A DNA stretch of 64,000 nt from an uncultured SAR86 cluster bacterium (GTDB taxonomy: Bacteria > Pseudomonadota > Gammaproteobacteria > Magnimaribacterales > D2472): positions 7,828-71,827 of the forward strand of contig CABZTX010000002.1 in assembly GCA_902528875.1 (NCBI GenBank), written 5' to 3'. Shown one piece after another: positions 24,831-35,303 of the stretch (position 1 is the stretch's first letter; each line of letters opens with the position of its first letter). The notes under the pieces were generated by a model. The model ran no database searches. It was not told the DNA's origin and saw only the letters and a list, made by a program, of their open reading frames with translations. The translations under genes were made by a program, and so were the position numbers.

Positions 24831-25295
24831 TTACATGTATTTTCCATCAACGTAAGTCAAAGTTGATATAGTTTTTGCAAAGTTTGCAGCCTCAACTAAA
24901 CCAATAACAATAGTGTGAGTATGATATGAAGAAAGCTTATCAACTTTGCAAAATATATTTGCTTGAGCGTTACTGAGAAAAGGTATGTTATTAGTGTTCC
25001 AATTTTTATTTAAGAATCTTTGATCATGTCTATCTTCATCAGAACAAATATCAGAAAGTTGTTGTTGATCTTTATTTAAAAGATTTATACAAAATTTGGA
25101 ACCAAGAACAATAGAGTCATGAATTTTTGCAGATTTATTAATGCAGATTAATATACTTGGCGGATTCATTGATATGGAGGTTACTGAGGATACAGTTATG
25201 GCGTTGAGGTTATCATCTGAGTCTCTATTAGACATTATACTTACCGAATAAATATATCTCCGCATGGCTAATCTAAAATTATCTTGTATGCTCAT
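24831..25295 (-). CDS. Flavin reductase-like protein (FMN-binding split barrel)
   Basis: 154 aa. Family-typical pattern ...ITVSSVTSISMNPPSILICINKSAKIHD...F.INLL. Confidence 0.6.
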   Translation of the reverse strand: MSIQDNFRLAMRRYIYSVSIMSNRDSDDNLNAITVSSVTSISMNPPSILICINKSAKIHDSIVLGSKFCINLLNKDQQQLSDICSDEDRHDQRFLNKNWNTNNIPFLSNAQANIFCKVDKLSSYHTHTIVIGLVEAANFAKTISTLTYVDGKYM

Positions 25296-25328
25296 AGTAT
25301 GAATTATACTTAAAGAAAATTAATATAG

Positions 25329-25886
25329 ATGAAAAATAGCATAAGAATAACAGGTGGTATTTTAAAAGGAAAAAATATTCTTTTTGATTATAAAAGTTCT
25401 CTCAGGCCAACATCTAGCAAACTTAGAGAAATTTTATTTAATTGGCTTCAGTTTGAAATTTCAAACTACAGTTGTCTTGACCTATTTGCAGGTACAGGAG
25501 CTCTTGGAATAGAGGCACTTTCAAGGGGCGCAAAGAAAGCTGTATTTATAGAAGTAAACAAAAAAAATTATTTAAGTATTAAATCATCACTTAAGGAGCT
25601 TAAATTAGATAATACATCAATGATTTTATTTAAGGACTGTCTGGGTTGGATTAAAAAAAGTGACCTATCTATATTTGATTTAATCTTTTTAGATCCTCCT
25701 TTTAATAAAGATCTTGAAGAAAGAACATTACAAATACTATCTAATAACAAAAGTTTAAGACCGTCGTGTAAAATCTATTTGGAACATAATAAATTCTCAA
25801 CTATTGAAATACCAAGTTCACTGAAAATATTGAAAGAAAAAATTTTAGGAGATGTTAGAGCCATCCTTTTAAGTAATGAAGATTAA
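25329..25886 (+). CDS. rsmD: 16S rRNA (guanine966-N2)-methyltransferase
   Basis: IRITGGILKGKNI..., SAM motif LDLFAGTGALGIEALSRGA, LDPPF motif. 185 aa. Confidence 0.85.
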   Translation: MKNSIRITGGILKGKNILFDYKSSLRPTSSKLREILFNWLQFEISNYSCLDLFAGTGALGIEALSRGAKKAVFIEVNKKNYLSIKSSLKELKLDNTSMILFKDCLGWIKKSDLSIFDLIFLDPPFNKDLEERTLQILSNNKSLRPSCKIYLEHNKFSTIEIPSSLKILKEKILGDVRAILLSNED

Positions 25887-26742
25887 AATAGCATCAAGGA
25901 CTTCCAAATTAGCACTCAGACAAGTTGAATTATTTGTAAAGACTTTTTCCATTGAAAATTATAGCTTGAAAGAAGTCTCAACTCAGGGAGATAAGATGAG
26001 TGCAGATGGCGATGTTTTATTTGATAAATCAAATTTTGTTAGTGATATTGAAACATGTCTTTTAGATGAAACTGCAGATCTTGCAATTCATTCAGCAAAA
26101 GATATGCCTGCGATCAAAACTGATGGATTAGAACATCTTTACTTTATAGAAGGTACATCGAGAAAAATTTCAGATCTATTGATATTTAAAAAAGGTATTG
26201 ACGCTGTATATAAAAAAAATATGAAGCTTGGAACATCTAGCCTAAGAAGAAAGATGCAAGCAAAGCATCATTTGCATTCAAATGATATTTATCCTTTAAA
26301 TGGAAACATTGATACAAGACTTAAAAAATTGAATGACGGTATTTTTGATTGTATTATTTTAGCAGAGGCTGGTTTATTAAGACTTAATTATCTATTAAAG
26401 GATCATAATTTTATAAAGTTAAATCACATAACTTGTTCAGGTCAGGGCGCTTTATCAGTTCAATGGAAAGTTGGAAGTAAAATTGAAGAATTCTTAAAAC
26501 CTTTTTTTGCAATTAATTTATCAGATGATTTAAATCTAGGAATTAATATGGAAAGAGAACTCCTTAGAAAATTAGAGGCAAACTGTAATTCAGCAATTTC
26601 GCTATATGTGTCTAATGGCATTTTAAATGGGGAAATTTATGGAAAAGAGAAATTTATTAAATTCTCAGGCAAAAATGTTAATGAAATATTTAATAATATA
26701 AAAAAAGATGGGGGACTTAGATTATTGCATGAACATTATTGA
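25876..26742 (+). CDS. hemC: Hydroxymethylbilane synthase (porphobilinogen deaminase)
   Basis: IKIASRTSKLALRQVE, HSAKDMP, GNIDTRLKKL, and the cofactor Cys in ERELLRKLEANCNS. Confidence 0.9.
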   Translation: MKIKIASRTSKLALRQVELFVKTFSIENYSLKEVSTQGDKMSADGDVLFDKSNFVSDIETCLLDETADLAIHSAKDMPAIKTDGLEHLYFIEGTSRKISDLLIFKKGIDAVYKKNMKLGTSSLRRKMQAKHHLHSNDIYPLNGNIDTRLKKLNDGIFDCIILAEAGLLRLNYLLKDHNFIKLNHITCSGQGALSVQWKVGSKIEEFLKPFFAINLSDDLNLGINMERELLRKLEANCNSAISLYVSNGILNGEIYGKEKFIKFSGKNVNEIFNNIKKDGGLRLLHEHY

Positions 26743-27379
26743 TACAAGCTCAAATAGTAAAATTTCTTATTCCTCCAACTATATTAAAAATGTGCCTCTT
26801 TTTAAGATCAAACTTTTGAATTATCAAATTCCAGCTGAAAACTTTACTGATGTTATATTTCAGAGCGTTGCATCCGTAGAGAATTTTAAAAATTTTGAAA
26901 TATGTATTGATAAAAATATTTTTTCAATGGGCGAATCAACAAAAAAAGCTTTAGCAGTAAATGATATCATTTCTAGATGTCCTCCCACTCCTGGTTCATC
27001 AGGATTAGCAAAATTAATAGGCAAAAAAATACAAAAACAAAAATTCTTAATAATTAAGGGTAAAGATGGTCTCAGTGATATAGAAAATTTTATAAATGCT
27101 CAAGGATCATTTTGTAAAAAAATTGTTTGTTACGAAAGAAAGGAATTTGATGCATACAACTCAATAAAAAATCAATTCAATTCAGCAGAAGCAGTTATTT
27201 TTACAAGTGTTTTTAGCGCACAAATATTTTTTGACAATATTTATAAGTCGGACAGAAAAATGTCTTTCTTTTGCATCTCAAAAAGAATTAAAGAACAAAT
27301 ATATTTAATGGGTTTTGAAGCAAAAATTATTGACTACTTTTCAGATAACTTATATCACGAAATAGATAAGGCTATTTAG
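26708..27379 (+). CDS. hemD: Uroporphyrinogen-III synthase (divergent, short)
   Basis: Immediately follows and overlaps hemC. Two HemD-like half-domain motifs ([13 protein letters not shown]; [14 protein letters not shown]). The true start may be the Met at 26729. Confidence 0.65.
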   Translation: MGDLDYCMNIIDTSSNSKISYSSNYIKNVPLFKIKLLNYQIPAENFTDVIFQSVASVENFKNFEICIDKNIFSMGESTKKALAVNDIISRCPPTPGSSGLAKLIGKKIQKQKFLIIKGKDGLSDIENFINAQGSFCKKIVCYERKEFDAYNSIKNQFNSAEAVIFTSVFSAQIFFDNIYKSDRKMSFFCISKRIKEQIYLMGFEAKIIDYFSDNLYHEIDKAI

Positions 27380-28649
27380 TTTTCTTTCCATTGCCATTTT
27401 TCATTGAGGAGAAAAACTCATCATTTGTTTTATGAGACTTAATTCTGTCTATTAAGAATTGTATCGCTTGAGCATCTTCCATTTCATCAAGAATTTTTCT
27501 CAAGACCCACATTCTTTGAAGTTCTTCATCAGTTGTTAACAAATCTTCTCTTCTCGTTCCAGATCTTCTTATATTGATAGCAGGATAGGTCCTTTTTTCA
27601 GCAATCTTTCTTTCAAGATGGATTTCCATGTTTCCTGTTCCTTTGAACTCTTCGTAAATAACCTCATCCATTTTAGATCCTGTTTCAACTAAAGCTGTAG
27701 CAATAATTGTAAGACTCCCACCCTCTTCTAAATTCCTTGCTGCACCAAAAAATCTTTTTGGTCTTTCAAGGGCATTTGAATCAACACCGCCACTTAAAAT
27801 CTTTCCAGAAGCAGGCTGAACAGAATTATATGCTCTTCCCAATCTCGTTATAGAATCAAGAAGAATCACAACATCTTTTTTATGTTCGACAAGTCTTTTA
27901 GCTTTTTCAATAACCATATTGGCTACTTGAACATGTCTTGTTGGTGGTTCATCAAAAGTGCTTGCTACTACCTCACCTTTGACTGTTCTTGACATATCCG
28001 TAACTTCCTCAGGCCTTTCATCAATAAGTAAAACGATTAGCTCTACTTCAGGATTATTACTTTTTATTGAATGAGCGATACTCTGTAGCATTAAAGTTTT
28101 ACCAGCTTTTGGTGGTGAAACAATTAGTCCTCTTTGACCTTTACCAATTGGAGCAATTAAATCAATAATTCTTGAAGAAAGATCTTCGTTAGATCCACTA
28201 CCTTGTTCGAGCATTAACCTTTCATTTGGGAAAAGAGGTGTTAAGTTTTCAAATAAGATTTTATTTTTAGTTTTTGAAGGACCCTCACTGTTAATAGTAT
28301 CTACTTGTATAAGTGCGAAATACCTTTCTTTATCTTTTGGTGTTCTTATCTTTCCTTCTAAAGAGTCACCTTTCCTTAGACCAAACTTTCTTATTTGGCT
28401 TGGTGAAACATAAATATCGTCTTCACCGGCACAGTAAGAGCCTTGTGGTGATCTTAAAAAGCCAAAACCATCATTTAAAATTTCTAATACTCCACCACCG
28501 TAAATATCTATGCCCTCGGAAGCTTTATGTTTAAAAATTCTAAAAATTATTTCTTGTTTTTTTAGTCTGCCGAGATCCTCAAGGCCTAATTCAGTAGCGA
28601 TATCGATTAATTCGCTTATTGGCTTATCTTTTACTTCACTTAAATTCAT
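27372..28649 (-). CDS. rho: Transcription termination factor Rho
   Basis: [27 protein letters not shown]-binding domain, Walker A PPKAGKT. 425 aa. Lies downstream of trxA. Confidence 0.97.
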   Translation of the reverse strand: MNLSEVKDKPISELIDIATELGLEDLGRLKKQEIIFRIFKHKASEGIDIYGGGVLEILNDGFGFLRSPQGSYCAGEDDIYVSPSQIRKFGLRKGDSLEGKIRTPKDKERYFALIQVDTINSEGPSKTKNKILFENLTPLFPNERLMLEQGSGSNEDLSSRIIDLIAPIGKGQRGLIVSPPKAGKTLMLQSIAHSIKSNNPEVELIVLLIDERPEEVTDMSRTVKGEVVASTFDEPPTRHVQVANMVIEKAKRLVEHKKDVVILLDSITRLGRAYNSVQPASGKILSGGVDSNALERPKRFFGAARNLEEGGSLTIIATALVETGSKMDEVIYEEFKGTGNMEIHLERKIAEKRTYPAINIRRSGTRREDLLTTDEELQRMWVLRKILDEMEDAQAIQFLIDRIKSHKTNDEFFSSMKNGNGKKTK

Positions 28650-28763
28650 ATAAGTTTTTCCAATATATTTAGTATGAAATGATTGAAATTGATAGATTAT
28701 TAAAACTGGATCTGAAAATGATAACTCTTTTTAATTAAGAAGCAAAGTTTAAATATAAAAAAT

Positions 28764-29090
28764 TTAAATCTTTGATATTACAAACTCATCTAATTGTTGT
28801 TTTGTTAATGCTCCAATTTCTGTTCCAATTGGATTTCCTTTTGAAAACAATATTAAGGTAGGTATTGATCTTATATTATATTTTGCAGCTACTTCTCTAA
28901 GCGAATCAACATCGGCTTTACATACTTTAATCTTATCTTTTTGCTCTTCAGCCACTTGTTCAACTAGGGGTGCGAGCTGTTTGCATGGTCCACACCACTC
29001 AGCCCAAAAATCTACTAATACAGGCATATCTGACTTAGTGACATGCTCATCAAATTCCTCGGCATTTTGTATTTCAATCAAATTATTCAT
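28764..29090 (-). CDS. trxA: Thioredoxin
   Basis: WAEWCGPCK active site, 108 aa. trxA-rho synteny. Confidence 0.95.
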   Translation of the reverse strand: MNNLIEIQNAEEFDEHVTKSDMPVLVDFWAEWCGPCKQLAPLVEQVAEEQKDKIKVCKADVDSLREVAAKYNIRSIPTLILFSKGNPIGTEIGALTKQQLDEFVISKI

Positions 29091-30079
29091 TTTCTTAGCT
29101 CCTTAGCTATTTCTTTAGCTGCATACGTTAAAATTGCATCTGCGCCTGACCTTTTTATGCTGAATAAAGATTCTAACATAACAGTTTCATTGAGCCATCC
29201 TTTACTAATTGCATTTTTTAACATGCTGTATTCACCGCTAACTTGATAGGCAAAAGTTGGAATTTTAAAATTTTGCTTAATTCTAGTTATGATATCTAGA
29301 TAAGGCATAGCTGGTTTAATCATAACTATGTCAGCTCCTTCATTTATGTCCATTTCAACCTCATTAAGTGCCTCGTTTATATTCTTATATGACATTTGAT
29401 ATGAAGATTTTGAAGAGTTGCCAAGATTTGATGCGGAGTTAACAGCATCTCTAAATGGGCCATAAAAACTGGAATTATATTTAGCTGCATAAGATAACAA
29501 AATAGTATCTTTAAAATTATTTTTTTCCAGAGCTTCTCTAATTTTTCCAATTCTGCCATCCATCATGTCTGATGGTGCAATTACGTCTGCACCAGCTTCA
29601 GCAAGAATTTGTGATTGCTTAATTAAAACTTCTATTGTCTCATCATTATCAACCTCTTTATTGACTATAATTCCATCATGTCCGTGATCTGTATATGGAT
29701 CTAGGGCTACATCAGCAATTAAAATAATTTCAGGAAATTCATCTTTAATTTTATGAATCACTTGAGAAATAAAATTATTTTTTTTGATAGCCTCACTTCC
29801 TTTGTCATCTTTGTTTATACTTTCAATAACTGGGAAAAGTGCTAATGCTTTTATATTATTTTTTAATACATCTTCAATCTCAAATAGAGCTTTTTCTATT
29901 CCATATCTATATATATCTGGCATAGAATTTATTGGTTCAGCATCATTAAAATTTTCTTTAATGAAAATCGGTTGAATCAAATCTTTAGTCGTGAGATTAG
30001 TTTCAGAAACCAAATCGATAACATTCAGATTTTTTCTGAGTCTTCTTAAACGTGTACTTGGAAAATTTCTGTTTGCCAT
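29087..30079 (-). CDS. hemB: Porphobilinogen synthase (delta-aminolevulinate dehydratase), Asp-rich metal-site type
   Basis: Conserved PBGS blocks. Metal motif DVALDPYTDHGHDG. Schiff-base lysine context (MIKPAMPYLD). Confidence 0.93.
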   Translation of the reverse strand: MANRNFPSTRLRRLRKNLNVIDLVSETNLTTKDLIQPIFIKENFNDAEPINSMPDIYRYGIEKALFEIEDVLKNNIKALALFPVIESINKDDKGSEAIKKNNFISQVIHKIKDEFPEIILIADVALDPYTDHGHDGIIVNKEVDNDETIEVLIKQSQILAEAGADVIAPSDMMDGRIGKIREALEKNNFKDTILLSYAAKYNSSFYGPFRDAVNSASNLGNSSKSSYQMSYKNINEALNEVEMDINEGADIVMIKPAMPYLDIITRIKQNFKIPTFAYQVSGEYSMLKNAISKGWLNETVMLESLFSIKRSGADAILTYAAKEIAKELRK

Positions 30080-30082
30080 TAT

Positions 30083-31741
30083 TTAATCCGTGATTGCACC
30101 AATACTTGCTGATTTAACACTATTTGCATATTTCGAAAGAACTCCTTTTAATGGAGTGCCAACAGGATTAACCCAGTTTTGTTTCCTTTCATCTAGAACA
30201 TCATCATCAACTTTTAGAACTAGCTTATCTTCTTCTGCATCAATTAGTATTTTATCGCCGTTTTCAATGAGGGCTATTAGTCCTCCTTCTGCAGCCTCCG
30301 GTGAAATATGTCCAACTACAAAACCATGGGTTCCACCAGAAAATCTCCCATCTGTAATAAATGCAACTTTGTCACCAAGTCCTAGACCCATAATTGCAGA
30401 GGTTGGTTTAAGCATTTCCCGCATGCCCGGACCTCCTTTAGGTCCCTCATATCTAATAACAATTACATCACCATCCTTTATAGATTTTGATAATATTGCT
30501 TGCATGCCCTCTTCTTCAGAATTAAATACTCTTGCAGTTCCTTCAAAAGATGTTCCCTCTTTTCCAGTAATTTTTGCTACTGCGCCCTCTTTGGCAAGAT
30601 TTCCATAAAGAATTCTTAAGTGACTATTTTTTTTAATAGGGTCTTCAAAGCTTTTAATTATTTCGTCATTATTATAAGGCTTAACATTTCTTAAATTTTC
30701 TCCCATTGTTTTGCCTGTAACAGTAAGACAATTTCCATGAAGTAATTTTTTATCTAAAAGAGTTTTCATTAATGGCTGAATACCTCCACTAGAATTTAAA
30801 TCAGACATAAAATTATTCCCAAAAGGTTTAAGATCTGCTAAAACTGGAACTCTTTTACCAATTACAGTGAAGTCATCTAGTGTGAGATTAACGCCAATCG
30901 AATGAGCAATTGCTAATAAATGAAGCACTGCATTAGTCGATCCACCTAAAGCAATAACAATCGTGATTGCATTTTCAAATGCTTCTTTGGTCATAATATC
31001 TGATGGCTTGATGTCATGTTTTAAAAGATTCATTACTGCGGAGCCTGCATCTATGCAATCTTGCTCTTTAGATTTTGAAACAGCATCTTGACTGCTGCTT
31101 CCGGGCAAACTCATTCCTAAAGCTTCTATTGCAGATGCCATAGTGTTTGCAGTGTACATTCCTCCACATGAACCAGGTCCTTTGACTGAAATTTCTTCAA
31201 AATGAATTAGTTCTTTTTCCGAAATTTTTCCCTTTGAATATTCTCCAACTTTTTCTGATACCGTAACATAGTCAGTATTTTCTTCACTTGGTTTTATCGA
31301 GCCGCCATATATAAATATTGATGGTCTATCCAATCTTGCCATCGATATTAGGCATCCAGGCATATTTTTATCACAACCACCTAAAGTTATAAGTGCGTCA
31401 TATCCCAAACATGCAACAACAGTTTCTATAGAATCTGCAATTACTTCTCTTGATACTAAGGAATATTTCATTCCTTGTGTTCCCATAGATATACCATCAG
31501 ATACAGTTATTGTATTGAATAATATTCCTTTACCGCCCGATGTATTGACTGACTTTTCAACAATTTCAGATAATTCATTAATATGCATATTGCAAGGAGT
31601 AACCTTTGCACCGGTTGATGCAATACCAATAAAAGATTTTGTAAAATCTTCAGTCGTAAAGCCCGCACCACGAAGCATAGCTCTAGATGCAGCTTGGTTA
31701 GGGCCGTCTACAAGTTCTTTTGAATATTTTCTATTAGTCAT
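30083..31741 (-). CDS. ilvD: Dihydroxy-acid dehydratase
   Basis: IlvD/Edd motifs (CDKNMPG, SLVSREVIADS, TDGRFSGGTHG). 552 aa. Confidence 0.95.
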   Translation of the reverse strand: MTNRKYSKELVDGPNQAASRAMLRGAGFTTEDFTKSFIGIASTGAKVTPCNMHINELSEIVEKSVNTSGGKGILFNTITVSDGISMGTQGMKYSLVSREVIADSIETVVACLGYDALITLGGCDKNMPGCLISMARLDRPSIFIYGGSIKPSEENTDYVTVSEKVGEYSKGKISEKELIHFEEISVKGPGSCGGMYTANTMASAIEALGMSLPGSSSQDAVSKSKEQDCIDAGSAVMNLLKHDIKPSDIMTKEAFENAITIVIALGGSTNAVLHLLAIAHSIGVNLTLDDFTVIGKRVPVLADLKPFGNNFMSDLNSSGGIQPLMKTLLDKKLLHGNCLTVTGKTMGENLRNVKPYNNDEIIKSFEDPIKKNSHLRILYGNLAKEGAVAKITGKEGTSFEGTARVFNSEEEGMQAILSKSIKDGDVIVIRYEGPKGGPGMREMLKPTSAIMGLGLGDKVAFITDGRFSGGTHGFVVGHISPEAAEGGLIALIENGDKILIDAEEDKLVLKVDDDVLDERKQNWVNPVGTPLKGVLSKYANSVKSASIGAITD

Positions 31742-31754
31742 ATTTATATATTGC

Positions 31755-33341
31755 TTATTCGGATGCGTATCTTAACGCAGCCGAGAGCAATTTTTTAGTA
31801 TATTCTTGTTTTGGATATGAAAAAACCTCATTTGAGGGACCAAATTCAACAATTTTTCCATTTTTCATCACAAAAATATAGTCAGACATCGATCTAATTA
31901 CCTTTAAGTCATGACTTATAAATAAGTAAGTAAGTTCATACTCTTCCTGAATTTCTTTTAAAAGATTTATTACCTGAATTTGAATTGATCTATCTAATGC
32001 AGAAGTTGGTTCATCTAAGATCATAAATGCAGGATTCATTATAAGAGACCTAGCAATTGCAATCCTCTGACGTTGACCTCCAGAAAATTCATGAGGATAT
32101 TTATTTTTTGCTTCAGTATTTATCCCAACATCATTCAATACTTTATCGATATTCTTATTTATTTCATCTTTTTTTAAATCGAAGTGAACACCCAACCCTT
32201 CGCCAACTATTTCACCAATAGTCATTCTTGGTGAGAGTGAGCCATAAGGATCTTGAAAAATAATTTGAATATCTTTTTTAAGTTTTTTCTTTGATAAAGA
32301 TATATCTGCTCCATCAAAAAATATTTTTCCATCATAATTGACTAGATTAGCAATTGCTTTACCTAATGTTGATTTTCCAGACCCTGATTCACCAACTAAA
32401 CCTATTGTAGTATTTTTAAAGATATTTAGTGATACATCTTTAACTGCATGAAACTTATTTTTTTTGAAGAAGTTTGCTCCCTCAAGTGAATAAAATACAT
32501 TTAGGTCTTTTATCTCTATCAAAGGAGATGATTTCAAATTAATGATAGATTTTGGCATTGGTTCAGCATCCAAAAGTTTTTTTGTATATTGATGTTGAGG
32601 ATTTTCAAAAACTTGTTTCGTATCACCCTGCTCTACTATCTTGCCATTTTGCATCACACAAACTTTATCTGAAAACTCTTTAACTAAGCCCAAATCATGA
32701 GTAATGAATAGAATTGACATCCCAAATTCTTTTTTTAATTTTGTCATTAAATCGAGAATTTGTGCTTGTATAGTTACATCTAAGGCTGTTGTTGGCTCAT
32801 CAGCAATTAAAAGTTTAGGCTTATTAACTAATGCCATTGCAATCATAATTCTTTGTCTTTGTCCTCCGGATAACTCATGTGGATAAGCCAAAAATCTTCT
32901 TTCAACTTCATCAATTTCTACTTGTTGCATAAGGTTAATTGCTTCTTTTTTTGCTTCTGCTTTATTTTTTTTTGAGTGAAGTAATATTGATTCTGTTATC
33001 TGATCTCCAACTCTGTGATATGGATTCAGAGAAGTCATTGGTTCTTGAAATATCATTGAAACTAAATTTCCTCTTATTGATAGAAGGTCAGCGTTTGAGG
33101 CTCCAATAATTTCTTTATCCTCAAAAAAAATTGATGAGTTATCAGTATAGCTAGCTTGGGGTATTGGTAATAATTGCATTAATGACATTGCAGTAACTGA
33201 TTTGCCTGAACCAGATTCACCAACAAGTGCTAGGGTCTTGTTGGTCTCAATATTAAAACTTATTTCATCAACTGCCCTAAATACTCCATTTCTAATGGAA
33301 AAATCAATTGATAAGTTTTTAACTTCTACAATATTTTTCAT
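31755..33341 (-). CDS. ABC transporter ATP-binding protein with two fused Dpp/Opp-type ATPase domains (YejF/GsiA-like)
   Basis: Two Walker A sites (GESGSGKS twice), two LSGGQRQR signatures, and two oligopeptide-type C-terminal tails (PQHQYTKKLLDA; PKQEYTKKLLSA). Confidence 0.85.
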   Translation of the reverse strand: MKNIVEVKNLSIDFSIRNGVFRAVDEISFNIETNKTLALVGESGSGKSVTAMSLMQLLPIPQASYTDNSSIFFEDKEIIGASNADLLSIRGNLVSMIFQEPMTSLNPYHRVGDQITESILLHSKKNKAEAKKEAINLMQQVEIDEVERRFLAYPHELSGGQRQRIMIAMALVNKPKLLIADEPTTALDVTIQAQILDLMTKLKKEFGMSILFITHDLGLVKEFSDKVCVMQNGKIVEQGDTKQVFENPQHQYTKKLLDAEPMPKSIINLKSSPLIEIKDLNVFYSLEGANFFKKNKFHAVKDVSLNIFKNTTIGLVGESGSGKSTLGKAIANLVNYDGKIFFDGADISLSKKKLKKDIQIIFQDPYGSLSPRMTIGEIVGEGLGVHFDLKKDEINKNIDKVLNDVGINTEAKNKYPHEFSGGQRQRIAIARSLIMNPAFMILDEPTSALDRSIQIQVINLLKEIQEEYELTYLFISHDLKVIRSMSDYIFVMKNGKIVEFGPSNEVFSYPKQEYTKKLLSAALRYASE

Positions 33342-34345
33342 AATAGTCTTTTGTACTCGCTCAAAAAATCACAAACTGCTTTATCAGCATTTTTAAGTCT
33401 TGTCATAGAAGCAAAACCATGAAAAAGAGAAGGATAATGAAGTTGCTTCACATTATTATTATTTTTATGAAGTAAATAAGCATATTTTTCTGCTTCATCT
33501 GATAATGGATCAAATCCCGCTGTAACTATTATGGTTGAGGGTAATTTATTTTTTGAGTCAAATAACAATAAATTAAATCTATGATCACTAGAATTGTCTT
33601 TATTATTCATAAATTGTTTCCAAAACCACTTTATTGCATTATTTGTAAGAAAGTAACCTTCCTCAAAAATATTCTGAGATTCTGAATTACATTTAGGATC
33701 ACACATAGGATAAATTAATAATTGACTGTGTACGTTTTTACTTCCACTGACAGACAAGTATTGTGATATTGATGCTGCTAAATGAGCTCCGGCGCTGTCT
33801 CCACATAAACTGATATCTTCAGTATCAATTCCACTTTTATTTAGCCAATGAATTGCTTCAATTCCTTCATTGTGAGCAACAGGAAATTTATTTTCAGGAG
33901 ATTTGCTATAGTCAAGAGAATAAATCTTTGTTCTTAGTTTCTCAGAAAAATACGCAACCGAATTATCATTCGTTTCAATTGAGTTTAATACATAGCCGCC
34001 ACCGTGAAAATACAGAATTACTTTTTTACTATCTGTTTTGTAAGGTACATACTCTCTTAAAATTAACTTCTTTGATTTACCAATCTTATGATCAATTTTT
34101 AATATTCTCTTTTTTGGTAATTTTGATAACCTTAGGTTAGTCCTTCTCTTCTCAATTATTTTCCTAATTTTTGGAACATCCCTTTCTTTTACCTCATGAA
34201 TATTGAAATTTGGTACTAATGACAAAAAAATTTTAGATTGGTGGTCAAATGCATAATTTCTTTCTACCTTATCAAAAGGAGAAATGATCCTTAAAAACCA
34301 TACTGGAATTTTAAAAAGACAATTTATTAAAAAATTTCTAATCAT
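33338..34345 (-). CDS. Alpha/beta-hydrolase esterase/lipase, hormone-sensitive-lipase family (family IV)
   Basis: HGGG oxyanion motif (YFHGGGYVL), nucleophile GDSAGA, DPL...HGF. 4-nt overlap with the ABC ATPase gene. Confidence 0.8.
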   Translation of the reverse strand: MIRNFLINCLFKIPVWFLRIISPFDKVERNYAFDHQSKIFLSLVPNFNIHEVKERDVPKIRKIIEKRRTNLRLSKLPKKRILKIDHKIGKSKKLILREYVPYKTDSKKVILYFHGGGYVLNSIETNDNSVAYFSEKLRTKIYSLDYSKSPENKFPVAHNEGIEAIHWLNKSGIDTEDISLCGDSAGAHLAASISQYLSVSGSKNVHSQLLIYPMCDPKCNSESQNIFEEGYFLTNNAIKWFWKQFMNNKDNSSDHRFNLLLFDSKNKLPSTIIVTAGFDPLSDEAEKYAYLLHKNNNNVKQLHYPSLFHGFASMTRLKNADKAVCDFLSEYKRLL

Positions 34346-34400
34346 TTATTAATTTATCAAAAACAAGGCTTCACTTTAAACATCGAGACGTTTATCCTAC

Positions 34401-34823
34401 ATGAACATGAGAAAAATAATATTATTTACATTAATTTTTTTATTAGTAACTCCAATTAATTCAAGCGATAAAAAAGAATTTTTTAATGCTAAAAATGGAA
34501 TTTTACCTGCAGAGGAGGTTTTTGAAATAAGAGTTTTAAATGATTTGAATACTATCAATGTAAGATGGGCTATTAGAGAAGGCTACTATATGTATTTAGA
34601 TTCTATTAAATTCCAAGATTATGCAAAACCATATAGGATCTTGAATTCGGAAATAAGTTCTTATGAAGATGAATATTTCGGAAAGACAAAAGTAATCAAA
34701 AAAATCTTTGAAATTGAGATTAAAACTGAGGATTTAATAACAGTTGATGGTCTTGTTGTACAATATCAAGGTTGTTCTGAACAAGGATTTTGTTATCCAA
34801 TAAAAAAGCATAAAATCCTTTAA
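34401..34823 (+). CDS. Stand-alone periplasmic DsbD N-terminal (alpha) domain protein
   Basis: Signal peptide, then W.I.EGYYMY, EDEYFGK and YQGCSEQGFCYP, collinear with E. coli nDsbD (YQGCADAGFCYPP). No TM or thioredoxin domain follows; aroQ starts 40 nt later. Confidence 0.8.
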   Translation: MNMRKIILFTLIFLLVTPINSSDKKEFFNAKNGILPAEEVFEIRVLNDLNTINVRWAIREGYYMYLDSIKFQDYAKPYRILNSEISSYEDEYFGKTKVIKKIFEIEIKTEDLITVDGLVVQYQGCSEQGFCYPIKKHKIL

Positions 34824-34863
34824 TATCACATAAATTATGTTAAATTCTGTTAAAATCAAATAA

Positions 34864-35295
34864 ATGAATATCTTAGTACTAAATGGGCCTAATCTAAACC
34901 TTCTAGGAAGTAGAGAATCTGATATATATGGTGATGAATCTTTAAATGAAATTGAAAAAAAACTCTATAAACTTGCTGAAGATAATAGTTTTTCTGTAAA
35001 TTTTTTTCAAAGCAATGCAGAGCATGAACTTATTGATTGTATTCATAATTCCAAAGAAAATAAGATATCAGCTATTATTTTTAATCCTGCTGCATTTACC
35101 CATACAAGCATTGCACTCAGAGATGCCCTTTTGGCTGTAAAAATTCCGTTTTATGAAGTACATATTTCAGATATTAACTCTAGGGAAGAATTTAGAAAGA
35201 AATCATTTTTCTCTGATATTGCAGAAAAAGTATTTACTGGGAAAGGAACGAATGGGTATCTTCTTGCATTAGAAGAAATAATCAAAAATAATTAA
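34864..35295 (+). CDS. aroQ: 3-dehydroquinate dehydratase, type II
   Basis: [21 protein letters not shown] and [18 protein letters not shown]. 143 aa. aroQ-accB-accC synteny. Confidence 0.95.
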   Translation: MNILVLNGPNLNLLGSRESDIYGDESLNEIEKKLYKLAEDNSFSVNFFQSNAEHELIDCIHNSKENKISAIIFNPAAFTHTSIALRDALLAVKIPFYEVHISDINSREEFRKKSFFSDIAEKVFTGKGTNGYLLALEEIIKNN

Positions 35296-35303
35296 TAGAT
35301 ACT

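Noticed and set aside
30090-30608. 172-aa plus-strand ORF
   Set aside because: It is antisense to a conserved part of ilvD. Its composition is low-complexity and Ser/Pro-rich, typical of a shadow ORF, and it has no recognisable motifs.
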